A DNA stretch of 64,000 nucleotides from Desulfatiglandales bacterium (GTDB lineage: Bacteria > Desulfobacterota > DSM-4660 > Desulfatiglandales > Desulfatiglandaceae): positions 1,600,001 through 1,664,000 of the forward strand of contig OY759599.1 of assembly GCA_963662465.1 (NCBI GenBank), written 5' to 3'. Positions 20,134 through 29,702 of the stretch are shown here, piece by piece; the stretch's first letter is position 1; each line of letters opens with the position of its first letter. The notes below the pieces were generated by a model. It was not told the DNA's origin. It ran no database searches and saw only the letters and a list, made by a program, of their open reading frames with translations. The translations under genes and the position numbers were made by a program.

Positions 20134-20766
20134 TTATTGATGCCTCCGTTCAAAATCCTTAATTTTCCCCATGAAGATTCGCATCTTCTCATGATCCTTT
20201 ATGCCCGGTCTTTTCTCGATGCCGCTGCTGATATCGACGGCAAAGGGATTTACCTGTTCCAGGGCTTCGTCTATGTTGCCGGGTCCCAGTCCACCGGACA
20301 ACACCATGGGGATGCCTGACGCTTTGGCTTTCATTGCCAGGCGCCAGTCAAAGGTCTTGCCGGTGCCGCCGTTTAAGCCCTCTTGATAGGCGTCCAGGAG
20401 GATGGCCCTCACGTGGTTCTTAAATTCCGCAATCTGCGAAAGTGACGCTTCGCTTTGAACGCGAAAGGCTTTGATCACCTTTGGGGCCAGTTTGGAACAG
20501 GCGGAGACGGTCTCGTTTCCATGGAGTTGAAGCAGATCCAGGCCGCAGAAGTCCATGACCTTTCGAATTTCCGACGGTTGTTCATTAACGAAGACGCCGA
20601 CGGTTTTGACGAATGGAGAGATCCTCCGGGTGATATCCCTCGCTTTTTGAGGCGTGATTTGCCTGGGACTTTTCGCGAAAACGAATCCCAGGGCATCCGC
20701 GCCCAATTCAATTGCCTTTTCGGCATCCGCCATATGGGTGATGCCGCAGATTTTAACCCGTATCAC
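20134..20766 (-). CDS. trpF: Phosphoribosylanthranilate isomerase
   Basis: VKICGIT, QLHGNE, GGTGKTFDW, LSGGL. Confidence 0.95.
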   Translation of the reverse strand: MIRVKICGITHMADAEKAIELGADALGFVFAKSPRQITPQKARDITRRISPFVKTVGVFVNEQPSEIRKVMDFCGLDLLQLHGNETVSACSKLAPKVIKAFRVQSEASLSQIAEFKNHVRAILLDAYQEGLNGGTGKTFDWRLAMKAKASGIPMVLSGGLGPGNIDEALEQVNPFAVDISSGIEKRPGIKDHEKMRIFMGKIKDFERRHQ

Positions 20767-21548
20767 TGTTTTGCTCCCGCCTTTACCAACTCCGCCGCCT
20801 TTTGCCCCGGATCATCCGCCCCCATCAGCGCCGAACCCACCAGCACCGCCTGAATATTCAACCCCTTATAGGGTTCTATGTCTTTGCCTGAAAGGATGCC
20901 GCTTTCACTGATCACCACCCTGTCCGGGGGGATGAGGGGCGCCAGATCGAGTGTGGTGTCGGCATTGATCTCAAAGGTGTCCAGATCACGGTTGTTGATG
21001 CCGATAATCCGGGCATCGCAGTTCAGCGCTTTTTCCAGATCCCGGTTGTCGTGAATTTCAGTGAGTGCGCTCATACCCAATGCCCGTGCGGCATCGAGGA
21101 GGTGTTTCAATTGTTGCTCGGACAATATCCGGGCAATGAGCAGCACCGCATCGGCGCCGAACCAGGCGGACTCGGTGATCTGAATTTCATCTATTATAAA
21201 ATCCTTTCGAAGGATCGGCAGGGATACCGCCTGCTTCAGCCGGGACAGGTTTTTCAGATCCCCTTTAAAAAATTTCCGGTCCGTCAGCAGGGAGATGGCG
21301 GCGGCGCCGGCTTTCTCATAAGCGCGGCCGATGGCCGGTGGATCGGAATCATCCCGAATAATGCCTTGCGAGGGAGATCCGAATTTGATTTCAGCAATCA
21401 GATCAATCCCATCGTTGGACGTCAGCGCCTCCTTGAAATTGCGGATGCCGCCTGAAAAACGGTTCTCCGGCAATGCCGATGATCCCTTTTTCAGACGTTC
21501 CACTTCTCTCTTTTTTTCTGCCAGGATTTCTAACAGCTTGGCGTGCAT
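20763..21548 (-). CDS. trpC: Indole-3-glycerol phosphate synthase
   Basis: IAEIK.GSPS, LRKDFII, GINNRDL, SESGI. Confidence 0.95.
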   Translation of the reverse strand: MHAKLLEILAEKKREVERLKKGSSALPENRFSGGIRNFKEALTSNDGIDLIAEIKFGSPSQGIIRDDSDPPAIGRAYEKAGAAAISLLTDRKFFKGDLKNLSRLKQAVSLPILRKDFIIDEIQITESAWFGADAVLLIARILSEQQLKHLLDAARALGMSALTEIHDNRDLEKALNCDARIIGINNRDLDTFEINADTTLDLAPLIPPDRVVISESGILSGKDIEPYKGLNIQAVLVGSALMGADDPGQKAAELVKAGAKQ

Positions 21549-22628
21549 CTACAGTTCCTTTCGCACAAAGTCGGTGCATCCCCGGGTGAAATCCACCAGC
21601 GCATCCAGCTTTTCCCTGGCCTTGCCTGAATCGATGATGTCTTCCGCCCGTTTGATGCCGGCGAAAAAGTCCGGATCCAGACCGGCCGCCACATAGGCGG
21701 AGGCGGCGTTGAGCAGGACCATCTCCCGCTTGGGACCTTTTTCGCCGGCAAGGATTTGGCGGACGATTTCCGCATTCCGTTTGGCATTGCCCCCCTGTAT
21801 GTCTTCGGCAGCGGCCCGTTTGAACCCGTAGGTTTCCGGTTCCATGTTAAAGGTATCGATGTCGCCGTTTTTAAGGTGGGTAATCTTGGTTTTTCCGCAG
21901 ATGCTGATTTCGTCGTAAGTGCCTTCGCCGCATACCACAAAGGCCTCCCGAACTCCCAGGTTGCCTAAGACCCGGGCCATCATTTCCGTCAGGTCAGGGG
22001 AGTACACCCCCAGAACCTGTACGTTGGCGCCCGCCGGATTGGTTAACGGCCCCAGGAGGTTGAAAAGGGTCCTGATGCCCATTTCACGCCGGGGTTCGGC
22101 GGCGTACTTCATGGCCCCGTGAAAACTCGGGGCGTAGAGAAATCCGATGCCCACCTCGTCCACACATCGCTCCACATCCGCGTGGTTGATGTCCAGGTTG
22201 ACGCCCAGATTCTCCAGCACATCCGCGCTGCCGCAAAGGCTGGATACCGCGCGGTTACCGTGTTTGGCCACCCGCAGGCCTGCGCCGGCCGCCACGAAGG
22301 CGGTGGTGGTGGAGACATTGAACGTCCGGGTCCCGTCTCCACCGGTGCCCACAATGTCAAGCAGGGTTTCATCTTCCGCATTGATCTCATCCCGGTCAAT
22401 GCTGACCAGGTGGTTTTTGACGTTAATCTTTCCGCCTTTCTCACGCATGACCCTGGCGGCGCCTGTGATTTCCGCCACGGTTTCGCCCTTCATCCGCAGC
22501 GCCGTCAGAAATGACCCGATTTGTGAAGGGGTTGTCTGGCCGGTCATAATCTCATTCATGGTGGAAACCATTTCTTTTTCGGTCAAATCCTGTTTGTTTA
22601 CCACTTTAGCGATGGCCTGTTTGATCAT
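21549..22628 (-). CDS. trpD: Anthranilate phosphoribosyltransferase
   Basis: GTGGDG, FNVST, KHGNRAVSS, FNLLGPLTNP. Confidence 0.95.
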   Translation of the reverse strand: MIKQAIAKVVNKQDLTEKEMVSTMNEIMTGQTTPSQIGSFLTALRMKGETVAEITGAARVMREKGGKINVKNHLVSIDRDEINAEDETLLDIVGTGGDGTRTFNVSTTTAFVAAGAGLRVAKHGNRAVSSLCGSADVLENLGVNLDINHADVERCVDEVGIGFLYAPSFHGAMKYAAEPRREMGIRTLFNLLGPLTNPAGANVQVLGVYSPDLTEMMARVLGNLGVREAFVVCGEGTYDEISICGKTKITHLKNGDIDTFNMEPETYGFKRAAAEDIQGGNAKRNAEIVRQILAGEKGPKREMVLLNAASAYVAAGLDPDFFAGIKRAEDIIDSGKAREKLDALVDFTRGCTDFVRKEL

Positions 22629-23197
22629 TGGTCGATCCTCCCTAAAAAATTTTTAATGATATCCATCCCGGCATCGGTCAAAATGGATTCCGGATGGAAT
22701 TGCACCCCTTCCATGGGGTGTTGTTTGTGTCTCAGTCCCATTACTTCACCCTGTTCCGTCCAGGCGCTTACTTCGAAGCAGTCCGGGATCCGATTGCCGT
22801 CGACAATCAGGGAATGATAGCGGATGGCGGGAAAAGGGTTGGGCAGGTTACGATAAAGGGTCCGGCCGTCATGGAATATGAGGCTTGTCTTTCCGTGCAT
22901 GATCCGGTTTGCTCGAATCACTTCACCGCCGAAAGCGGCGGCCATGGATTGATGACCCAGGCACACCCCCAGAATCGGAATCTTTTTTCCAAAATGCCGA
23001 ATGGCATCCACCGAAATACCGGCATCATCCGGCGTGCCCGGGCCGGGGGATACCAGGAGGGCGGTCGGGTTTAAATCTTCCAGCGCCGGGATGTCCACCT
23101 GGTTGTTCCGCCGTACGGAAATGCTTTTCCCCAATACCTGTATCATCTGGACCAGGTTGTAGGTAAAGGAATCGTAATTGTCGATCATCAGAATCAT
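22625..23197 (-). CDS. trpG: Anthranilate synthase component II
   Basis: IDNYDSFTYN, SPGPG, GVCLGHQ, QFHPES. Confidence 0.95.
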   Translation of the reverse strand: MILMIDNYDSFTYNLVQMIQVLGKSISVRRNNQVDIPALEDLNPTALLVSPGPGTPDDAGISVDAIRHFGKKIPILGVCLGHQSMAAAFGGEVIRANRIMHGKTSLIFHDGRTLYRNLPNPFPAIRYHSLIVDGNRIPDCFEVSAWTEQGEVMGLRHKQHPMEGVQFHPESILTDAGMDIIKNFLGRIDQ

Positions 23198-24663
23198 TTG
23201 GTTTTCGTCCTCCCGATGGCCTGAAACATGGCGCCCGCCTTGTTCAGGGTTTCCTGGTATTCCTTTTCCGGATCGGAGTCGGCCACAATCCCGGCGCCCA
23301 CCTGGATGGACAGCTTATCCTTGTGCAGGGTTATGGTGCGGATGGTGATGCAGAAGTCCATGTTGCCGTTGAACCCGAAATACCCGACGGCCCCCGCGTA
23401 GGGGCCCCTGGGTGAAGGTTCCAGCTCATGGATGATTTCCATGGCACGGATTTTGGGGGCGCCTGAAACCGTTCCCGCGGGAAATGACGCCATGAAGAGG
23501 TCAAAGGCGTCTTTTTCCGGGCTCAATTTCGCTTCCACACGGCTGACCAGGTGCATCACATGGGAGTAACGTTCCACTTCCATCAACCTGGGAACCATAA
23601 CCGTCCCCGGCGCCGCCACCCTTCCCGCATCGTTTCTCCCCAGATCCACCAGCATGATGTGTTCGGCCCGCTCCTTGGGATCCGCCATGAGTTCTTGTTC
23701 CAGGGCCTGGTCCATGGTCTCGTTTTTTCCTCTGGGCCTCGTGCCCGCGATGGGGCGCAATTCAATGCGATCGTCCGTAAGGCGCACCAGAATTTCAGGG
23801 GAAGCGCCGATCAGTCGGGTTTCTCCGAAATTGAGATAAAACATGTAGGGCGACGGATTGATGCTCCTGAGCTTTCGATAGAGGGCAAAATCATCTCCCG
23901 ATACGGTTCCCTGAAATTGCTGGGACAGAACTATCTGGATAGCGTCGCCTGCCGCAATATATTCCTTGGCCTGTCTTACAGCCCCCATGAAGGGTTCTTT
24001 TTTAAAATTGGAGCTGATCTCCGATATTTTGACGTCATTTCCTTCCATGATGGTGGGAACAGGCCGGCTGAGTTCGGCAATGGTTTCATTCACCGCGTCG
24101 CAAGCCTGAAAATAGGCGGACTCCGGATCTTCGTTTTCCAACACGTGAGCATGGGCCGCTACGGTAATTTTGTGGGTCAGGTGATCAAAGATGATGAGCC
24201 GCCGGGAAGCGGTGAAAATGCATTCCGGCATGTCTGCATCCGGACGCGCCGGGACCGGTTCCCAGGTCCGAATCAGGTCGTAATTGAAAAATCCTACGAG
24301 ACCTCCTTGAAACGGGGGAAGATCCTCTGATGTCACGGAACGGTATTGTGACGCCAGATCCCTCAAAACTTCCAGGGGATTTTCAACCGGGTTGAGGGTT
24401 TCGGTTTCATCACCCTTTGTAATCTCCATCCGTTGGCCCATGAACCGGGCCGTCAGAAGGGGTTTATATCCAATAAAACTGTACCGGCCCCAGGTCGTTC
24501 CGCCGTCCGCGCTTTCCAGAAGATAGGAAAAGGCTTTGTCTTTGATTTTCAGATAAGCTGAAACCGGGGTTTCCGTATCCGCAAGGAATTCCCCATACAC
24601 CGGTATCAGGTTGCCGTGCGCCGCCATTCGTTTGAATTGTGAAAGAGAAGGTCGTATTTCCAA
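23194..24663 (-). CDS. trpE: Anthranilate synthase component I
   Basis: TTG start at 24663 behind a GAGGA RBS; LLES, NPSPYM, RPIAGT, EHIMLVDLGRND, GAPKIRAM. Confidence 0.93.
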   Translation of the reverse strand: MEIRPSLSQFKRMAAHGNLIPVYGEFLADTETPVSAYLKIKDKAFSYLLESADGGTTWGRYSFIGYKPLLTARFMGQRMEITKGDETETLNPVENPLEVLRDLASQYRSVTSEDLPPFQGGLVGFFNYDLIRTWEPVPARPDADMPECIFTASRRLIIFDHLTHKITVAAHAHVLENEDPESAYFQACDAVNETIAELSRPVPTIMEGNDVKISEISSNFKKEPFMGAVRQAKEYIAAGDAIQIVLSQQFQGTVSGDDFALYRKLRSINPSPYMFYLNFGETRLIGASPEILVRLTDDRIELRPIAGTRPRGKNETMDQALEQELMADPKERAEHIMLVDLGRNDAGRVAAPGTVMVPRLMEVERYSHVMHLVSRVEAKLSPEKDAFDLFMASFPAGTVSGAPKIRAMEIIHELEPSPRGPYAGAVGYFGFNGNMDFCITIRTITLHKDKLSIQVGAGIVADSDPEKEYQETLNKAGAMFQAIGRTKTK

Positions 24664-24693
24664 AATGCCTGATCCTCTTGAAATTGGCCCCTC

Positions 24694-24734
24694 AAAAAAA
24701 TAGGGCCGTGGGAATTTTGCCCCACGGCCCTTTT
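24694..24734 (-). terminator. Second intrinsic terminator hairpin in the trp leader
   Basis: AGGGCCGTGGG/CCCACGGCCCT 11-bp stem, followed by a T7 run on the minus strand. Confidence 0.75.
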
Positions 24735-24751
24735 GTTTGTAATGCTCAAAT

Positions 24752-24793
24752 AAAAAAAACCGTGAAGCCCTTGATGAAGCGCGCCACGGTTTG
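24752..24793 (-). terminator. trp attenuator terminator (3:4 hairpin)
   Basis: Minus strand AAACCGTG...CACGGTTT followed by further T residues. Confidence 0.75.
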
Positions 24794-24818
24794 CTTGTTG
24801 ATGATATTACTGCTGGTT

Positions 24819-24908
24819 CTAAACCCGGTGGGCACACCCCCTCTGTATGAAGCTGCGCCACCACCAATTTCTTAAAGCACTTGTATTTTTTATCTCACAT
24901 GTTTTCAT
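24819..24908 (-). CDS. trpL: trp operon leader peptide MKTCEIKNTSALRNWWWRSFIQRGCAHRV
   Basis: 29-aa ORF with three tandem TGG codons (24858-24866) directly upstream of the terminators and trpE. Confidence 0.85.
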   Translation of the reverse strand: MKTCEIKNTSALRNWWWRSFIQRGCAHRV

Positions 24909-25071
24909 GGGTGAATTTTTAAACTTTTGAAAAAGAATTGTCAAGGAGTTTTTTTAACTTTTAAAAAACAAGGCTGGATGCGTTGTTTATCCCTCTTGAC
25001 AAATTGGCGATTTCGTTTGACACTGAAATCTGGTTATCAAATTTACAGCACCGGGTTCCAAGGAGGAAAAA

Positions 25072-26784
25072 TTGAAAAACACTTTTAAAATTAGTATGTT
25101 CCGGATTGTGAAAACCGGAAGATGGTTGGTTTTGGGTATTGCCATGGTCCTGATGCCATCCTTATGTTTTTCAGAAGGGGATGAAACAAAGATGATCGAA
25201 ATGTTGTCAGAGAGTTCGAAACTGATTAACCCTCAGTCGGTTTTATCGGGTTTTGCGGATGGAAGTTCAACAACCCGCGTCATCGTAAATTTGAGACAGC
25301 CGGTTAATGTAAGTACCCCGCTAAATCTAAGAAACATGGATGCCCGAAAACAGATGGTAACTGATGTAAGCAATGCGCAGGATCGAGTCATTGGCGACAT
25401 GAATGCTCGAGAAACCCGGATTACAAACCGTTTTAAATATGTTTATGGATTTTCGGCGCAGGTAACTTTAAAGGGGCTTCAAGCACTCATCGACAATGGG
25501 GACGTCACTTCCATTGAAAAAGATGAGATTCTTCATCCCAACCTGGCCCAAGGCATCCCTTTGATGAATGCAGCAACGGCCAGAAGTACCTATAACGGGA
25601 GTGGGGTGTCCGTGGCGATCTGCGACACCGGCATTGATTACACCCATTCCCGTTTGGGCGGAGGCGGGTTTCCCAATCCAAAAGTGATTGGCGGATATGA
25701 TTGCGGAGAGGACAAAAATGACCCCATGGATGGAAATGGACACGGCACTGCCTGCGCCGGGATCGCCGCCGGCGATCTTGGTACTGTGGGAGATTATATC
25801 GGCGGCGTGGCCTACAGCGCCAGGCTTTATGCTTTGAAAATAACGGATACTGCAACCGGGGGAAGTGCCTGGACATCGGATATGATTGAGGGCTGGGAAT
25901 GGTGTGTTACCCATCAAAACGATGACCCCAACAACCCCATTATGATTGTCAGCACCAGCTTTGGGGGGGGCAGGTATTACAGCACCTGCGACAGCGCCTC
26001 CACCGCTATGACTGCGGCTGCGGCCAATGCTGCATCGGTGGGTATGACGCTTTTTGTTTCTTCGGGAAACGACGGTTACTGCGATTCCATAGGTTGGCCC
26101 GCGTGTATTTCCCATGTCATTTCGGTCGGTGCGGTCTACGACGCCGGATTTACAACATCATCCATCGGCTGGTGCGTTTCCTCCGGTTCCTGCGCCGACA
26201 AGATTTCGACCTGGGGGTGTTCTACAGGGTGGTATTCCCCGCAGGAACCCGATTCCGACCGAGTGATTGTTTATTCCAACACCGCCTCTTTCCTGGGCCT
26301 TCTGGCGCCCTCCAACTGGGCCACTACCACAAAAATGGGGGGAGGTTATTACACTGGCGCCTACGGGTTCGGCGGCACTTCCGCCGCGTGCCCTTATGCA
26401 GCCGGAGCTGCTGCATGTTTGCAAAGCGCCAGTAAAACGCTCAGCAGCACTTTTCTATCACCGAGTCAGGTTAAATCAAAACTGGTGGAGAGTGGAGATC
26501 CGATCACCGATGGAAAAGTGGCCATCACAAAACCACGGGTGAACCTGGGAGCCGCAGTGGCCTCAATGGCCTCCTGTCCCGATTGTCCCGCTAATGGCAT
26601 TATTAACAATACGATCTATCTTTCAGATACGAACTGTTCGTGCAGCAACGCGACATCTCTAACCCTCGGTGAAAATACCACAGTCAAAGATGGCGCCGCC
26701 GTTACCTTCATTGCACCCTCCGTGAATGTGGAACCCGGTTTTCATGCGGAAAACGGAGCTGTCGTTACCATACGGCGCCAGTAA
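25072..26784 (+). CDS. Secreted subtilisin-family S8 serine protease with an I9 propeptide and C-terminal beta domain
   Basis: AGGAGG RBS; catalytic ICDTG, HGTACAG, GTSAACP; signal peptide. Confidence 0.9.
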   Translation: MKNTFKISMFRIVKTGRWLVLGIAMVLMPSLCFSEGDETKMIEMLSESSKLINPQSVLSGFADGSSTTRVIVNLRQPVNVSTPLNLRNMDARKQMVTDVSNAQDRVIGDMNARETRITNRFKYVYGFSAQVTLKGLQALIDNGDVTSIEKDEILHPNLAQGIPLMNAATARSTYNGSGVSVAICDTGIDYTHSRLGGGGFPNPKVIGGYDCGEDKNDPMDGNGHGTACAGIAAGDLGTVGDYIGGVAYSARLYALKITDTATGGSAWTSDMIEGWEWCVTHQNDDPNNPIMIVSTSFGGGRYYSTCDSASTAMTAAAANAASVGMTLFVSSGNDGYCDSIGWPACISHVISVGAVYDAGFTTSSIGWCVSSGSCADKISTWGCSTGWYSPQEPDSDRVIVYSNTASFLGLLAPSNWATTTKMGGGYYTGAYGFGGTSAACPYAAGAAACLQSASKTLSSTFLSPSQVKSKLVESGDPITDGKVAITKPRVNLGAAVASMASCPDCPANGIINNTIYLSDTNCSCSNATSLTLGENTTVKDGAAVTFIAPSVNVEPGFHAENGAVVTIRRQ

Positions 26785-26887
26785 ATAGGGGAAAAATCCT
26801 GAAAATTATTGACCCCGGTATATTCTCATATTAGCGTTCTGAAATAAGCAACATTCTGAAACCCTTGACTGGGAGGCGTTATAAACC

Positions 26888-27805
26888 ATGAGCAACCCCA
26901 ATCTGGCAGTCCAAATCGGCTCTCTGAAACTCAAAAATCCGGTTCTTACGGCCTCGGGAACCTTTGGCTATGGACGGGAATTCGCGCCCCTCATGGATCC
27001 CAACCTGCTGGGCGGCATCGTTGTCAAGGGCATTTCCCTCAAACCCATGGAAGGAAATCCCCCGCCCCGCATCGTGGAGACCCCCTGCGGTATGTTGAAT
27101 GCCATCGGGTTGGCCAATGTGGGGCTCGATGCGTTTTTGTCGGAAAAACTACCCTGGCTTCAGACGCTGGATACCTGCGTCATCGTAAACATTTACGGCC
27201 ATTCCCTTGACGAATACGGCGCCGTGGCGGCGGGGCTCAAGGGAATTGAAGGTGTTTCCGCACTCGAAGTCAACATCAGCTGCCCCAATGTGGAGCAGGG
27301 GGGTATGGCTTTCGGTACGGACCCAGGGATGGCCGCGCGGGTTACGGAACGGGTCCTGAAAGAAACAGACAAGCCCGTCATCGTCAAATTATCTCCCAAT
27401 GTCACGGATATTCGAAAAATCGCCCTTGCCGTGGAAAAGGCCGGCGCCCACGCCCTGTCCCTGATCAACACCCTGACCGGTATGGCCATTAATATCGAAA
27501 CCCGCACCACCCAGCTGGCCAACGGGAGCGGCGGGTTATCGGGCCCGGCCATCCGCCCGGTGGCACTTCACATGGTGCGCCAGGTGGTCAAAACCGTTAC
27601 AATTCCCGTTATCGGCATGGGAGGAATCCTGGAACCGCGAGATGCCCTGGAATTTCTCATTGCGGGGGCCAGGGCAATCCAGGTGGGAACGGCCAACTTC
27701 ATCAATCCAAGGGCTGCTTTGAACATTATCAAGGGCCTGGAGGATTTTTTGAGTGAGCATGGCATCGAATCCATTGATGATATTATCGGTTCCCTGAAAG
27801 TATGA
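26888..27805 (+). CDS. pyrD: Dihydroorotate dehydrogenase family 1B catalytic subunit
   Basis: ASGTFGYG, NAIGLAN, NISCPN, VKLSPN, GGLSGPAIRP. Confidence 0.95.
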   Translation: MSNPNLAVQIGSLKLKNPVLTASGTFGYGREFAPLMDPNLLGGIVVKGISLKPMEGNPPPRIVETPCGMLNAIGLANVGLDAFLSEKLPWLQTLDTCVIVNIYGHSLDEYGAVAAGLKGIEGVSALEVNISCPNVEQGGMAFGTDPGMAARVTERVLKETDKPVIVKLSPNVTDIRKIALAVEKAGAHALSLINTLTGMAINIETRTTQLANGSGGLSGPAIRPVALHMVRQVVKTVTIPVIGMGGILEPRDALEFLIAGARAIQVGTANFINPRAALNIIKGLEDFLSEHGIESIDDIIGSLKV

Positions 27806-28644
27806 CGACTGCCCTTTGGAAAGGACGAATGGAAATGAAGATTTTATGCCCCAGTCAATTTCTGGTATTGGCTTTACTGTTTCTAATGGTTTTCATGGGC
27901 TTGCCGGAACAGGGAATCTGTGAAGAGCGATCTTTCGGAAAGGTGGTTCAACTCGATGCCGGCGACCGGGAAGCCCTGGCCATTCTGGGAGAGGGGGTCG
28001 TGGGCAAATCGCTGCCGGCATGGCCCATCACGGACACGGCCGGCCTGATGCCCTTGCGTGAAGGGGAATGGACCTACCGGATTACCGCCGGCGACCGGGA
28101 AGGAACACGCCAGGTGGCTGTCATCTCAAAGACGGACCGAAAGAATGGACAATGGTGGCATCGGATGGTAGTTGGGGATTCTACTGAGTTTTTCTCGGTT
28201 ACAGGCGACGGCGCCATCAATCTGGTTTCGGAAATGGACCTGAAGCAGGGCGTTATCACCCGCTATGATCCCATACTTCCGCTCATGTCCGGCGGTATGA
28301 AGCCGGGTGAAACATCCCGGGTTGAAACAGTGGTAAAGGTCTATGATCTCAATGATCCCACTTTTTTAAAATACAGCGGGCATCTCAAGGTGACCCATAC
28401 CTATGTGGGGGCTTACGAAATAACGGTTCCGGCGGGAAAATATGAGGGGGTGCTCATCAAGTCTTCCTATGCGGGAGAGGTGGGACCGGCCCATGTGGTG
28501 GACGGCGGATATGTGTTTTATGCCAAAAACGTGGGCATGGTGGCATCCGTTGAACGGATGCATGTGACGGCATTTCTTTTTTACGACAAACGGACCCAAA
28601 CGCCGAAAGTGCTGGTTCAACCTGTGACGCCCACGATCCGATAG
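27802..28644 (+). CDS. Exported hypothetical beta-rich protein
   Basis: Hydrophobic N-terminal segment; ITVPAGKY and YAKNVGMV motifs typical of DUF3108-like proteins. Confidence 0.6.
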   Translation: MTTALWKGRMEMKILCPSQFLVLALLFLMVFMGLPEQGICEERSFGKVVQLDAGDREALAILGEGVVGKSLPAWPITDTAGLMPLREGEWTYRITAGDREGTRQVAVISKTDRKNGQWWHRMVVGDSTEFFSVTGDGAINLVSEMDLKQGVITRYDPILPLMSGGMKPGETSRVETVVKVYDLNDPTFLKYSGHLKVTHTYVGAYEITVPAGKYEGVLIKSSYAGEVGPAHVVDGGYVFYAKNVGMVASVERMHVTAFLFYDKRTQTPKVLVQPVTPTIR

Positions 28645-28654
28645 GATCAGCTCA

Positions 28655-29698
28655 TCAGCTCAGCTCTATTCCGATGCGGCGAAATGACGGCAGAACGTCC
28701 ATGAAAATGTCGAAGAGACGGGGGTCGAAACTCCGGCCCTTCTCCGGGGTCATGATGCGGAGAACCTCTTCTTCGGGCAGTGCCGCCCGGTAAGGACGGT
28801 CCATGATCAGGGCGTCATAGACGTCGCAGATGGCCGTGATGCGACCGCTCTCGGGAATTTCCTCCCCAGCCAGGCCATTGGGGTAGCCCGTGCCGTCCCA
28901 TTTTTCGTGGTGGGTCAGGGCAATGTCATGGGCCATGCGTATCAGCGGGATATCCGACCCGGCCAGAATGCCGGCCCCGATCCGGGGGTGATGCTTCACC
29001 CGTTCGCATTCTTCCCGGGTCAGTTTTCCCGGTTTGAGCAGGATGGTATCGGATATGCCGATCTTGCCGATATCGTGCATGGAGGCCGCCAATAGAATAT
29101 CATCCACGTCGCTTTGCCGCCATCCCGCCGCTTCCGCCAAGGTGGCGGCGTACCGGCCGATGCGGCGGATGTGGGCGCCGGTTTCCTCGTCTCTGAACTC
29201 AGTGGCCATCAGCAGTCTGACGATGATTTCTTCCTGGGATTTGCGAAGGGATTCGGTTCGCTCGCGCACTTCACGCTCGAGGTCCTGGGTATACCGCTTT
29301 TTCATGGCCACGAGCTTTCGCCTGTGCAGGGCCCCGGCCACATGGATGAAGATTTCATTCATTTCAAAGGGCTTGATGACGTAGCCGTAGGCCCCCAGTT
29401 CAAGGGCTTTTTCAGCCGTCCGGCGGTCATCCACCGCCGTCACCATGATGACGGCCACATCTGGTTGCTCCCAGGCGAACCGGGCCAGGAGTTCTATGCC
29501 CGACATGCCGGGCATCATGATGTCCAGTATGGCCAGTTCCGGGGGATCTTTCATCGCCATTTCCCAGGCCGCCTCACCGCTCGTGGCGGTTCTGCAGTCA
29601 TACCCCTGGGTGGACAACCAGCGCGCCAGCAGCCGGCACACATGATCTTCATCATCCACCACCAATATCCTGATATTTTTCTCCTCGGACACGCACAC
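28655..29698 (-). CDS. Response regulator with HD-GYP c-di-GMP phosphodiesterase domain
   Basis: REC (LVVDDE, LDIMMPG); HDIGKI, HHEKWDGTGYP, DVYDAL, RPYR. Confidence 0.93.
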   Translation of the reverse strand: MCVSEEKNIRILVVDDEDHVCRLLARWLSTQGYDCRTATSGEAAWEMAMKDPPELAILDIMMPGMSGIELLARFAWEQPDVAVIMVTAVDDRRTAEKALELGAYGYVIKPFEMNEIFIHVAGALHRRKLVAMKKRYTQDLEREVRERTESLRKSQEEIIVRLLMATEFRDEETGAHIRRIGRYAATLAEAAGWRQSDVDDILLAASMHDIGKIGISDTILLKPGKLTREECERVKHHPRIGAGILAGSDIPLIRMAHDIALTHHEKWDGTGYPNGLAGEEIPESGRITAICDVYDALIMDRPYRAALPEEEVLRIMTPEKGRSFDPRLFDIFMDVLPSFRRIGIELS

Positions 29699-29702
29699 CT
29701 CC

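Noticed and set aside
24664..24867. N-terminal extension of TrpE in the ORF track
   Set aside because: It runs through the attenuator hairpins; the TTG at 24663 has the RBS
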